Source: Eledone cirrhosa (taxonomy: Eukaryota). From it: 64,000 nucleotides of DNA. The stretch spans positions 31,310,001 through 31,374,000 of the forward strand of contig OZ024742.1 in assembly GCA_964016885.1 (NCBI GenBank), in the 5' to 3' direction. The notes beneath the pieces were generated by a model. That model was given only the letters and a program-made list of their open reading frames with translations. It did not search any database and was not told the DNA's origin. Below, in pieces: positions 41,101 to 54,508 of the stretch. Numbering within the stretch: the first letter of the stretch is position 1; each line of letters opens with the position of its first letter. Both the position numbers and the translations under genes were made by a program.

Positions 41101-44100
41101 GGTATTACACACTATGGTACTACACACTATGGTATTACACACTTTGGTATTACACACTATGGTATTACACACTATGGTACTACACACTTTCGTATTACAC
41201 ACTATGTTACTACATACTATGGTATTACACACTATGGTACTACACACTTTGGTTCTACACACTATGGTACTACAGACTATGGTACTACATACTATGGTAC
41301 TACACACTATGGTACTACACACTTTGGTACAACACACTTTGGTATTACACACTATGGTATTACACACTATGGTATTACACACTATGGTACTACATACTAT
41401 GGTACTACACACTATGGTATTACACACTATGGTATTACACACTATGGTACTACACACTATGGTACTACACACTTTGGTATTACACACAATGGTATTACAC
41501 ACTATGGTACTACACACTATGGTACTACACACTATGGTATTACACACTATTGTACTACACACTATGGTACTACACACTATGGTATTACACACTATGGTAT
41601 TACACACTATGGTACTACACACTATGTTATTACACACTATGGTACTACACACTATGGTACTGCACACTATGGTACTATACACTATGGTATTACACACTAT
41701 GGTACTACACACTTTGGTATTACACACTATGGTATTACACACTATGGTACTACACATTATGGGACTACACATTTGGTACTACATTCTATGGTACTACACA
41801 CTATGGTACTACACACTATGGTACTACACACTTTGGAATTACACACTATGGTACTACACACTATGGTATTACACACTTTGGTATTACACACTATGGTAAT
41901 ACACACTATGGTACTACACACTATTATACTACACACTTTCGTATTACACACTATGGTACTACACACTATGGTACTACACACTATGGCACTACACAGTATG
42001 GTACTACACACTATGGTACTACACACTATGGTATTACACACTATGGTATTACACACTATGGTACTACACACTATGGTATTACACACTATGGTATTACACA
42101 CTATGGCACTAAACACTATGGTACTACATACTATGGTACTAGACACTATGGTACTACACACTATGGTAATACATACTATGGTACTACACACTTTGGTACT
42201 ACACACTTTGGTACTACACACTATGGTACTACACACTATGGTACTACACACTTTGGTACTACACACTATGGTACTACACACTATGGTACTACACACTATG
42301 GTACTACACACTTTGGTATTACACACTATGGTACTACACACTTTGGTACTACACACTATGGTACTACACACTATGGTACTACACACTATTGTACTACACA
42401 CTTTGGTACTACACACCATGGTACTACACACTATGGTATTACACACTATGGTATTACACACTATGGTACTACACACTATGGTACTACACACTTTGGTACT
42501 ACACACTATGGTACTACACACTATGGTACTACACACTTTGGTATTACACACTATGGTATTACACACTATGGGACTACACTCTTTGGTACTACACACTATG
42601 GTACTACACACTATGGTACTACACACTTTCGTATTACACACTATGGTACTACACACTTTGGTATTACACACTATGGTATTACACACTATGGGACTACACA
42701 CTTTGGTATTACACACTATGGTATTACACACTATGGTACTACCCACTATAATACTACACACTTTCGTATTACACACTATGGTACTACATACTATGGTATT
42801 ACACACTATGGTACTATACACTATGGTACTACACACTATGGCACTACACACTATGGTATTACACACTATGGTACTACACACTATAATACTACGCACTTTC
42901 GTATTACACACTATGGTACTACATACTATGGTACTACACACTATGGTACTACACACTATGGTACTACACACTATGGTACTACACACTATGGTATTACACA
43001 CTATGGTATCACACACTATGGTACTACACACTATGGTACTACACACTTTGGTATTACACACTATGGTACTACACACTATGGCACTAAACACTATGGTACT
43101 ACATACTATGGTACTACACGCTTTGGTATTACACACTATGGTACTACACACTATGGTACTACACACTATGGTACTACACACTTTGGTACTACATACTATG
43201 GTACTACACACTATGGTACTACATACAATGGTACTACACACTTTGGTACTACACACTATGGTACTACACACTTTGGTACTACACACTTTGGTATTACACA
43301 CTATGGTATTACACACTATGGTATTACACACTATGGTACTACATACTATGGTACTACACTCTATGGTATTACACACTATGGTATTACACACTATGGTACT
43401 ACACACTATGGTACTACGCACTATAGTACTACACACTATGGTATTACACACTATGGTACTGCACACTTTGGTACTACACACTATGGTACTACACACTATG
43501 GTACTACACACTATGGTATTACACACTATGGTACTACACACTATGGTACTACACACTATGGTACTGCACACTTTGGTACTACACACTATGGTACTACACA
43601 CTATGGTACTACACACTATGGTATTACACACTATGGTACTACACACTTTGGTATTACACACTATGGTATTACACACTATGGTACTACACACTATGGTATT
43701 ACACACTATGGTACTACACACTATGGTACTACACACTATGGTACTGCAAACTTTGGTACTACACACTATGGTACTACACACTATGGTACTACACACTATG
43801 GTACTACACACTATGGTATTACACACTATGGTACTACACACTATGGTATTACACACTATGGTACTACACACTATTGTACTACACACTTTGGTATTACATA
43901 CTATGGTACTACACACTATGGTACTACATACTATGGTACTACACACTATGGTACTACACATTTTGGTACTACACACTATGGTACTACACACTATGGTACT
44001 GCACACTTTGGTACTACACACTATGGTACTACACACTATGGTACTACACACTATGGTACTACACACTATGGTATTACACACTATGGTACTACACACTATG

Positions 44101-45412
44101 GTATTACATACTATGGTATTACATACTATGCTAGTACACACTTTTGTACTACACACTATGGTACTACACACTATGGTAATACACACTATGGTACTACACA
44201 CTTTGGTACTACACACTTTGGTATTAAATAATATGGTACTACACACTATGGTACTACACACTATGGTGCTACACACTATGGTACTACACACTTTGGTATT
44301 ACACACTATGGTACTACATACTATGATACTACACACTATGGTACTACACACTATGGTACTACACACTATGGTACTACACACGATGGTATTACACACTATG
44401 GTACTACACACTATGGTATTACACACTATGGTACTACACACTATGGTACTACACACTTTGGTATTACACACCATGGTACTACATACTATGATACTACACA
44501 CTATGGTACTACACACTATGGTACTACACACTATGGTACTACACACTATGGTACTACACACTATGGTACTACACACTATGGTACTGCACATTTTGGTACT
44601 ACACACTATGGTACTACACACTATGGTACTACACACTATGGTACTACACACTATGGTACTGCACATTTTGGTACTACACACTATGGTATTACACACTTTG
44701 GTACTACACACTATGGTACTACACACTTTGGTATTACATACTATGGTATTACATACTATGCTAGTACACACTTTTGTACTACACACTATGGTACTACACA
44801 CTGTGGTATTACACACTATGGTACTACACACTATGGTATTACATACTATGGTATTACATACTATGCTAGTACACACTTTTGTACTACACACTATGGTACT
44901 ACACACTGTGGTATTACACACTATGGTACTACACACTATGGTATTACATACTATGGTATTACATACTATGCTAGTACACACTTTTGTACTACACACTATG
45001 GTACTACACACTATGGTAATACACACTATGGTACTACACACTTTGGTACTACACACTTTGGTATTACATACTATGTTACTACACACTATGGTACTACACA
45101 CTATGGTATTACACACTATGGTACTACACACTATGGTACTACACACTATGGTACTACACACTTTGGTACTACACACTGTGGTATTACATACTATGGTATT
45201 ACATACTATGCTATTACACACTTTGGTACTACACACTATGGTACTACACACTTTGGTACTACACACTATGGTACTACACACTATGGTACTACACACTTTG
45301 GTATTACATACTATGGTATTACATACTATGCTATTACACACTTTGGTACTACACACTATGGTACTACACACTTTGGTACTACACACTATGGTACTACACA
45401 CTATGGTATTAG
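38116..45412. repeat. 15-bp satellite B (ACACTWTGGTAYTAC), ~480 units including a degenerate junction
   Basis: Directly visible; degenerate transition at 38116-38400; three 1-bp register shifts near 40408, 40572 and 41771. Confidence 0.98.
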
Positions 45413-45584
45413 CACAGTAGGGGAAGTGGTATGGACCTCCGTCGGTCTCGACGATTAGTCTTCCAACTGTTCATAGACTTTCATTGAACTAAATCTGTCA
45501 GCCACTGTTTAAACTTAGAAACAGGAGAAGCAACTTAACATCCGATATTTTGTTCATTTTTCAACTATTTCTGTCATTGGGGAT

Positions 45585-45912
45585 GTAGCATGGTCGAAAT
45601 GTTAAGGGATTCGCTTTACAAGCATTAGGTTCCGGGTTCGATCCCACTGCATTGCATCTTGGGCAAGTGTCATTTACCATAGCTCGGGTGGACCCATGCC
45701 TTGTGAGTGAAATTGTGTAGACAGAAACTATTTGGGAGCCCATCCAAGGGGATTTCACATGTAATTCAAAGGGCCAGCCTTGTCACACAGTGTGTTATGC
45801 TGAATCTCCCTCAGAATTACATGTTCAGCCATTTACCCGTCAATTTTATGAGCAGCCTGTTTGGTTGATCGAACAACTGGAACATTCATCGTTGAAGCCG
45901 ACAGAGGCCCAT
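45585..45912 (+). mobile_element. tRNA-derived SINE family 3
   Basis: GGTTCGATCCC B-box, TTGGGCAAGTGTC, tail TGTCACAC..GATCGAACAACTGGAA; related pieces at 8060-8480 (+, internally duplicated), 9500-9720 (-) and 53650-53740 (+). Confidence 0.65.
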
Positions 45913-46014
45913 CAAGTACTATGGTGATATTTTCAAACATTCTATGATGTGGGTTACATCCTCAATGTTTTCTGGCAGCTGTGCATGACCTGTTGATAAC
46001 CAGAAAGTCTTCCT

Positions 46015-46540
46015 CTTGGGGGTTTCTTGCATTAGCGTTGTGTAACTTCCCTGACAAAGCAACTTCCCTGACAGAGCAACTTCCCTAGCTGTGAAAACTC
46101 CATGGCGGTGAAACCACCTTGGCGGTGTGACTTCCCTAGCTGTGAAACCCTCATGGCGGTGAAACCTTCCTAGTGTGTAACCTCCCTAGCTGTGTAACTT
46201 TCCTGGCTGTGTGACTTCCCTAGCTGTGAAACCCTCATGGCGGTGAAACCTTCCTAGTGTGTAACTTCCCTAGCTGTATAACTTTCCTGGCTATGTAACT
46301 TCCCTAGCTGTAAAACCTCCTTGGCAGTGTGACTTCTATAGGTGTGTGACTTTCCTAGCTGTAAAACCTCCTTGGCGGTGTGACTTCCCTAGGTGTGTAA
46401 CTTGCTTAGCTGTGCACCTTACCGAGTTGTGTAACTTCTCTAGCTGTGTAACTTCCTTTGCTGTGTAAGTTCCCTGGCTGTGTAACTATCCAGATGTTTT
46501 GTTGCGATAAAGCTATGTAACTTCCCTGGTTGTGTACTCA
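46015..46540. repeat. ~17-bp degenerate minisatellite (GCTGTGTAACTTCCCTA)
   Basis: Directly visible tandem variants. Confidence 0.85.
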
Positions 46541-47056
46541 TGGTCGGGAGCCAGAGAATACTTTCTGAGGAGACCCTTTCCAATGTCTCATGTATGCAAA
46601 CATTTTCCATATATGTACCTTAATGACTGGTCGTTAGTAACTTTATTTGAAGAGATATGATGTGACATTCAAATATATTTATCATAATCTTTAGAAAGAC
46701 GTGATATTGTTCGTGGAAGTTTGTGATAATTCAGTAACATTCGGTAATATTCGGTAATATTCAGTAATATTCGGTAATATTCGGAATTATTCGGTATTAT
46801 ACGCGATTGTTGGTAATAATTGAGATGTTCTTTGATAAGAATAGAAATTGTTTCATTAAGTAAATATTCTATGACTGTGTAATGAGAGATTGTTTTCCAC
46901 TTCTCTTAAGAATTCTCTTAAGAATTCTATTACCATTCTGATGAGTTCATTCATAAAACGCTCTCTCTCACACCCCTCCTTCTTCCCATACCTCTGACTC
47001 TGCCTGACTCTATCTTTATACGTACCTATCCCCCCCCCCCCCCCCACACACACACG

Positions 47057-47102
<46 letters not shown>

Positions 47103-47104
47103 GC

Positions 47105-47179
<75 letters not shown>

Positions 47180-47633
47180 TGATTATTGTATTTCTAATCA
47201 TATACAACAGCTTAATTTATAGTATAGTGACACTAACAGTGTTTAAAACATTTAAATCCCATCGATACATGATTAAGTTTTAGAAGACGACAATTATTTT
47301 CACTTCCATCACCTTCGTCAGAAAGTGATGGAAGTGCTGTATCTGGAATTAGGAAATTAAACATAGTCACGTTCATTTTCTGACTTGAAAATAACTTGAG
47401 TTAATTCAATATTATTATCAATCGCAATCCTATTATTGATACCTTTATCCTCGAGAATTGATTAACTATAGACGCTGATTCTACTGATTGAACCATTTAT
47501 CTGGTTTTCTGTCTAAATATTAAAACTATGAAATTTTAAATCTTTATCATCAGAAATTAAATCTTTAAATATGACAATAGACATGTTGTTCAAAGGTTTA
47601 ACAGAATTCTTGCATCACATATAAACAATACAG

Positions 47634-47990
47634 CCTTCTTCTTCTTCTTCTTCTTCTTCTTCTTCTTCTTCTTCTTGGGGGCAGAGTCCTCAAACACACC
47701 TTCCAGCTGGTCCTGTCAGAAGCAACCGTCTCCAATTGATCCAACTGGATCCCCAAGCGAGAGCAGCCAAGCTCATGTATGTTATCCAACTAACTTGCTC
47801 GGTGTCTACCCCTGGACCTCCTGTCGATTGGTTTTGCTCGTAAAATCTGTCCATCGATTCTTTCCTTAGACATTCTAACCCATAGTATCGGAGCTGTGAT
47901 TTCTCAATTCGGAAAAGTAGCGGCTCTACCTGGAGTGACTCTCTGATCTCCAAGATACGCATTCTATCGAGTAACGTTACTTCAAAATCC
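47634..47990 (-). pseudogene. RTE-like LINE 3' fragment with (AAG)n tail
   Basis: IRESLQVEPLLFRIEKSQLRYYG and LETVASDRTSWK, then (AAG)n at 47634-47676. Confidence 0.7.
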
Positions 47991-47992
47991 CT

Positions 47993-48179
47993 TCGGGGAA
48001 ACTAGACTGATGCTAGACTGGTACTTTTTTTATCGATCTCGAATGGATAAAAGGCAAAGTTAACCTTTTCATAATATAAAACTTAATTAAATTTTTAGGA
48101 ATATTCCCAGAGCTGTGCTTCCTAAACTGGCTTCTGAGAAATTCTAAGGTTTCACGAAACACGGTGTTTTTTATTATAA

Positions 48180-48223
<44 letters not shown>

Positions 48224-48477
48224 TGAAACAAAATCCTTTTTAGAGAAAGAATTTATTTATATAAAAAAAATAGTAAAATATTTACTAAATTTTATTAAAA
48301 AACACCATATTTCATGGAACATCAGAATTTCTCAGCAGCCAGTTTAGGAAGCAATGCTCTTGAAATATTCCTAAAAATTAAATTGAGTTTCATATTATGA
48401 AAAGATCAACTTTGCCTTTTATCCATTCGAGGTCGATAAGAAAAGTACCAGTCTAGTATCAGTCTAGTTCCCCTGAA
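47993..48477. repeat. Diverged inverted repeat (~185-bp arms) including a SINE segment
   Basis: 47993-48180 versus 48291-48477 in reverse complement, with many substitutions. Confidence 0.8.
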
Positions 48478-48487
48478 TATATAGTTC

Positions 48488-48527
<40 letters not shown>

Positions 48528-48599
48528 ATCCTTTGGGAGGGTCATGTTGCCAATAAGAAACACACGCAGATAAAGAATCTTGCTAAACAAATTCAGAAA

Positions 48600-48661
<62 letters not shown>

Positions 48662-48673
48662 TTAATATAGATG

Positions 48674-48724
48674 AGATTCTACAGGACTAGAACTGTTTCA
48701 TTCTTTAGAAATCATCAGGAATCT
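48674..48724 (-). ncRNA. Type I hammerhead-like motif with a hairpin helix III
   Basis: AGATTC-CTGATGA-TTTCTAAAGAAT-GAAA-CAG-TTCTAGTC-CTG-TA-GAATCT; U.U at the base of helix II; truncated relative at 6390-6435. Confidence 0.6.
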
Positions 48725-49004
48725 GGCTTTCCAAAAATAAATGTTGTGGTATTTATATCTTTTCAGGTGGTAGGAGAGGGTGGTGAGTGGGATGGGTGGA
48801 GGTCATTGGTTGAAAGAAAAGGGAATTCATTAAAAGCTAATTCTTTAAGGCTATAATTTATATTTAGAGTGACAAAGGCAGAAAGAATTCTATAGTTCAG
48901 AATGGCGTGCCACTCCTTATTTTTAAGTTTCTCTTAAGCTAACAATATATATATATATATATATATACATACACATACATATACATACATGTATATATAT
49001 ATAC

Positions 49005-49527
49005 ATGCTGAGTGCTTCTTTTTGCACATTGATCAGGTGCGCACGCAGATGATTTTCAGACCCGCTTTTGCGGGCACTTTCACAGATGTGACACTTGAAC
49101 TGTCTATCTCCTGGTAATACCGGCTGGGGTGTGTTTCCATGCATTCTACCATGTCTATTCAGTCCATTCTACCATGTCGTGTGATACCAGATGGTTGAAA
49201 AATCCACCCTTTGTTCGGAGAAATAGGCCACATACATTGCACCTCAATTTCTGCTGGATTTTTGCAGTCACTGCACATGAGTTCCGCTTACGGAGTGAAT
49301 GCTTTAAAACAGCATGCTAAGTGCTTTTCCTCAAAGACATCACATCCATATTTGATGATCTTTCTCCAATTTCTATATCAATCTTGAGAGCTTTACGATT
49401 GTCTTTTATGTCATCCTAAAATGACATCAGGTGTATGTGGACCGTGTTCTTACAGCCTTGCTATACGGATACGAAACCTGGACAACTTTCTGGCGTGACA
49501 TAAGGCAGCTAGATTTTATCAGCACTG
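49005..49527 (-). pseudogene. Degraded RTE-like fragment with an inverted 5' piece
   Basis: Minus strand DDIKDNRKALKIDIE and FKCHICESARKSGSENHLRAH; plus strand 49428-49527 VLTALLYGYETWT. Confidence 0.6.
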
Positions 49528-49623
49528 TATACATACATACATATACATACATACACATACATACATACATACATACATACATACATACATACATACATAC
49601 ATACATACATACACATACATACA

Positions 49624-49655
<32 letters not shown>

Positions 49656-49699
49656 CATACATACATATACATACATACATACATACATACATACATACA

Positions 49700-49735
<36 letters not shown>

Positions 49736-49737
49736 TA

Positions 49738-50032
49738 CATGGTGGCTGCCAACTCGTTTTCGAGTACGGCCACTACTTTATATCCATGTAGGAGAACCCC
49801 TACCGATGCGCTGAACGAGTGTGACTTTTTAGTCCAGCCAGCGACTTGAAAACTTTGGTACAAACACTACACTTGTGACAATTACTGACACATAGTGCTG
49901 GGCCCATGGTACCATGTGACAAGTGCAGAGAGATCTCCAGATATAAAGCAATGCCTGTGCCGTGAAGCTTTTATAGTGGGCAAAGGCACTGCACAAAGCC
50001 AGTCCCACTCTCTTAACCAAGATGATATTTAC
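49738..50032 (-). mobile_element. RTE-like LINE 3' end (second copy) with (ATGT)n tail
   Basis: Reverse complement of 12936-13235; adjoining (CATA)n at 49530-49737. Confidence 0.75.
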
Positions 50033-50295
50033 CAAGAAGAAGAACAAGTCAACATCATTGGATACCATCAGGGTTGAAGGTGTTATATCAGAGTTTTCCT
50101 TCTCCTAGAATTCTGCCTTGACAAAGGCTAAGGGGTCATCTCTCCCGGTGATTTTGGATGGCCATTGACTCTTAAGAGCTCCTTTGCCCTTTGACAGGTT
50201 TTGTTTTTAGTCCTGCAGGATGTCCAAAGTCACCCCCCTCACCAAGAAACCTTGGTGGGGTTGCCAGTTTAGTCGCCAACGACCCGACCATGAGA

Positions 50296-50456
50296 CATAC
50301 ATACATACATACATACATACATACATACATACATACATACATACACATACATACATACACACACATACATACACACATACATATATACACACACATATAC
50401 ACATACATATATGCATACATACATACATATATACACACACATATACACATACATAC

Positions 50457-50491
<35 letters not shown>

Positions 50492-50747
50492 CACACACAT
50501 ACATACATACATACATACATACATACATACATACATTTATACACACACATACATACATACACACATACATATATACACACACATATACACATACATACAT
50601 ATATGCATACATACATACATATATACACACATACACATACATACACATACATACATACATATATATACACACACATACATACATACATACATATACACAC
50701 ACATATACACATACACACATACATACATACATACATACATACATACA

Positions 50748-50781
<34 letters not shown>

Positions 50782-50786
50782 CATAC
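50296..50786. repeat. (CATA)n-derived compound microsatellite
   Basis: Directly visible. Confidence 0.95.
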
Positions 50787-51047
50787 AGGCGTGGCGTGTC
50801 TTAAAATAAAAATAATAATAATAAAAAAACAGTACCAGAAGAATGTCAGAATGTCTGAATGTAAGAATGAAAGAATGTGAGAGTATTCCGAAAATTCTCG
50901 AATGGAAATAAAGGAACAGATGAAAGTGTCTATTTTTACATCACCCCTCTCCTCCCTTAGTCGTTTCTTCCGCAATAGAATTATAGAAAATCAACCGGAA
51001 CGAAGATATATCCTATATTATAACGTAACAGAAATATAGGATGTGCA

Positions 51048-51768
51048 GTGGAGGTGGTGGTGGTGGTGGTAATGGTGGTGGTGGTGGTAGTGGTGATGGG
51101 GGTGGTGGTGGTGAGGGGGGGGTAATGGTGGTAATGGTGGTAGTGGTGATGGTGGTGGTGGTGGTGGTGGTGGTGGTAATGGTGGTGGTGGTGGTAGTGG
51201 TGATGGGGGTGGTGGTGGTGAGGGGGGGTAATGGTGGTAATGGTGGTGGTGGTGGTGGTGGTGGTGGTGGTGGTGGCGGTGGTGGTAATGGTGGTAGTGG
51301 TGGTAATGGTGGTGGTGGTGGTAGTGGTAGTGGTGGTAATGGTGGTGGTGGTGGTGCTAGTGGTTGTGGTGGTGGTGCTAGTGGTGGTGTTGGTGGTAAT
51401 GGTGGTGTTGGTGGTTGTGTTGTTGTTGTTGTTGTTGGTGGTGGTGTTGGTGATTTTGGTGGAGGTGGTGGTCGTGGTGGTGGTAGTGGTGGTGGTACTG
51501 GTGGTGTTATTGTAGTTGTTGTTGTTGGTGGTGGTGTTGGTGGTGTTGGTGGTGGTCGTGGTGGTGGTAGTGGTGGTAGTGGTGTGGTGGTGTTGTTGTA
51601 GTTGTTGTTGTTGTTGGTGGTGTTGGTGGTGTTGGTGGTGGTCGTGGTGGTGGTAGTGGTGTGGTGGTGTTGTTGTAGTTGTTGGTGGTGTTGGTGGTGT
51701 TGGTGGTGGTCGTGGTGGTGGTGGTGTTGTTGTAGTAGTTGTTGTTGGTGGTGGTAGTGGTGGTGGTA
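51048..51768. repeat. (GGT)n/(GTT)n compound microsatellite
   Basis: Directly visible. Confidence 0.95.
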
Positions 51769-52030
51769 TGTGGGAGATAGATGGACTAAGATAGACACAC
51801 ACATATATATACATGTGTGTGTGTGTGTACATATATATATATACATACACACACACACATATAAATGTATATATATATAGTGTGTGTGTGTGTATATATA
51901 TATATACACACATATATATGCATGTATATATATATATATACATACATATATGTATGTGTATGTATATATATATACATACACACACATACATATATGTATG
52001 TATATATATATATATATACATGCATATATA

Positions 52031-52109
<79 letters not shown>

Positions 52110-52253
52110 GTATATATATACATGCATATATGTGTGTGGGTGTGTATATATATATATATATACATATACATATACACACCCACACACATATACATATTTA
52201 TACAAATATATATACATACACACAAATACACACAAATACATACACATATGTAC

Positions 52254-52305
<52 letters not shown>

Positions 52306-52336
52306 TTGTGTGTATGTTTTTATGTTTCTGTGAGTG

Positions 52337-52397
<61 letters not shown>

Positions 52398-53355
52398 ATG
52401 TGTGTGTAGAGAAGGTGTGGGGGAGAAAGAAGAAAATATTTATTTGTGTAAGATGTAGTAAGTAAGGTTTTGTTGCAGCTTCCGGTGAAATTCCTTAAGA
52501 CATTCCTTAGTCAAGTGGGACGTCCAAGTACTTAGTGTTGCCTTCTACAAGTTGACCAATGAAATATCAGCAATTTGCCATATATGGTCATACGTTACGT
52601 TAACCACAAGCACTTACGGTATGAATGGACACCTACATATACACACATACGCACGCAACACATGCGCGCACACGCCTGCCTGGCAGGCATATGGTGTTAC
52701 ACTCGTAACTCGATGCTTTTGTTATTGTTGTTGTTTATTACATTTCCTTTTCCTCTTCTTTTCTATTATATATATATATTATTTTCCCCTTCCCCTTCTT
52801 TCCTCTTTATATTGTTATTCTCTATGTAAACGCCCCCAACGTTTGTAAGGGTGGGTGGGTGTGTATATATTTATTTATGTTTATTTATACACTCTAGAGT
52901 ATATATAAGAAGCGGCAACTCACAGAATATCAACATTATTGTTTCTAAGCTCTCTTTATAAAAGCCTCTGCCAATACAAGAGAACAGCGCATAGATACTT
53001 CATAGAGAGAATACACAAAACACAGTCTTCAGCAAATACAAGAAAGAAACTATCTATCAAGCGGCTAACTTCATTACTTATTTACAAGAGACCAACATAT
53101 ATACGCACTTATATATAAATATATATAATTTATATTTCTACTTATTGAAACAACGAACTAATTTGGTAATTCCAGATTATTTAATCAAATAATTAACTAC
53201 AAGAAGAACAACAACAACGACAATCATGTATACTACACGGCTTATTACTATTTTATTCACAACCTTGGTAAGTTTTTCACCTTTATTATTTTATTATTTC
53301 GGAGTTGTCACGCACCCTTTTCTCATTGGCATTGTGCCTCTCTCTCTCTCTCTCT

Positions 53356-53413
<58 letters not shown>

Positions 53414-53539
53414 CAATATCGGAGAAAGCTTTTTAGCGATACTCCGGCCAAATTCCAACTCACTCAACAAACATTAGGAAATAAGTCATTATATTCCCAA
53501 TTATGCGTTCGGGGTGCTAACTAAATGTATTGTGTGGAA

Positions 53540-53647
<108 letters not shown>

Positions 53648-54110
53648 TAACGGCACACTGGGAAAGTGTCTTCTGCTATAGCCTCGGGTTCACCAATGTC
53701 TTGTGAGTGGAATATGGTAGAAGGAACTGCAGAAGCTCGTCATATATATATGTATATATATATATATACGGTGATATCATTACGAATTAAGCAATGTAGT
53801 GTCCACTATGGGCTATTGGTATTGCAAGTCCTGTACCTCGTTGAGTGAGTAATGCAGCGGCTGGGGCTATTGGATTTTTCTTCCGATAGCTTCGTTAATA
53901 TATATATATATATAGATGTACGAAGCCGAATATTTTAGCCGGTATCTGGAAGATATGGAGTTCAAATCCTCATTGTGGCTGATGGCAACTTATTTTTCTA
54001 TCTTTTAAGGCCCTTCACTCTGTTTTATAAGGTCTTTATAGCATTTCTGCGCTTGAGCACTTTCTTTATACTTATATATATATATTAGTGAAAGTAGTAT
54101 TTTAACTGAC

Positions 54111-54391
54111 ACTTTAACGTATCTGTCAATTTCCCGCCTTAAAGAAGATTATTATAATTTGTTTCTACATTGGGCGGTGAATTGGCAGTATCGGTAGAGG
54201 GTCGGACGCCATGTTTTGACGCATAGAGTTACGGCCCTTATCATTCTGAGTTCAAATCCCGCCGAGGTTAACTTTGCCTTTCATCCTTACAGAGTCGATA
54301 AAATAAAGTACCAGTAATGTACTGGGTAATTGCTGGCCTTGTGCCAAAAGTAGAAACAATTATAATTTGTTTCTACATTTAGGCACAAGGC

Positions 54392-54435
<44 letters not shown>

Positions 54436-54508
54436 GCCTTGTGCCTAAATGCAGAAACAAATTATAATAATCTTCTTTAAGGCGGGAAATTGACAGATAC
54501 GTTAAAGT
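54111..54508. repeat. Palindrome centred on (TA)n, left arm interrupted by a SINE
   Basis: 54111-54171 plus 54380-54397 mirror 54430-54508. Confidence 0.85.
54172..54358 (+). mobile_element. Full-length tRNA-derived SINE (family 1) with a 21-bp target-site duplication
   Basis: A-box-like TGGCAGTATCGG, B-box GAGTTCAAATCC, tail GGCCTTGTGCCAAAAGTAGAAACA; TSD ATTATAATTTGTTTCTACATT at 54151-54171 and 54359-54379. Confidence 0.9.

Noticed and set aside
35216-45412. CRISPR-like array
   Set aside because: No unique spacers, no cas genes, eukaryotic context.
35168-45420. ORFs of 900-2375 aa (HTTVI, VLHTM, YYSSV repeats)
   Set aside because: Stop-free translations of 15-bp satellites, open on both strands and several frames, with register shifts; no coding evidence.
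50981-52185. Thr/Pro/His/Gly-rich mucin- or extensin-like ORFs
   Set aside because: (GGT)n compound microsatellite open in all frames, with no splice or start context.
52550-52925. CCAAT and TATATATAAG promoter- or LTR-like segment
   Set aside because: Such words are frequent in this AT-rich sequence; no second LTR or downstream exon identified.
53810-53866. Twister-like words (TTGCAAGT, GAGTG, TAATGCAGC)
   Set aside because: No P1 stem can form between GAGTG and TAA and P4 is not closed; an Infernal scan would settle it.
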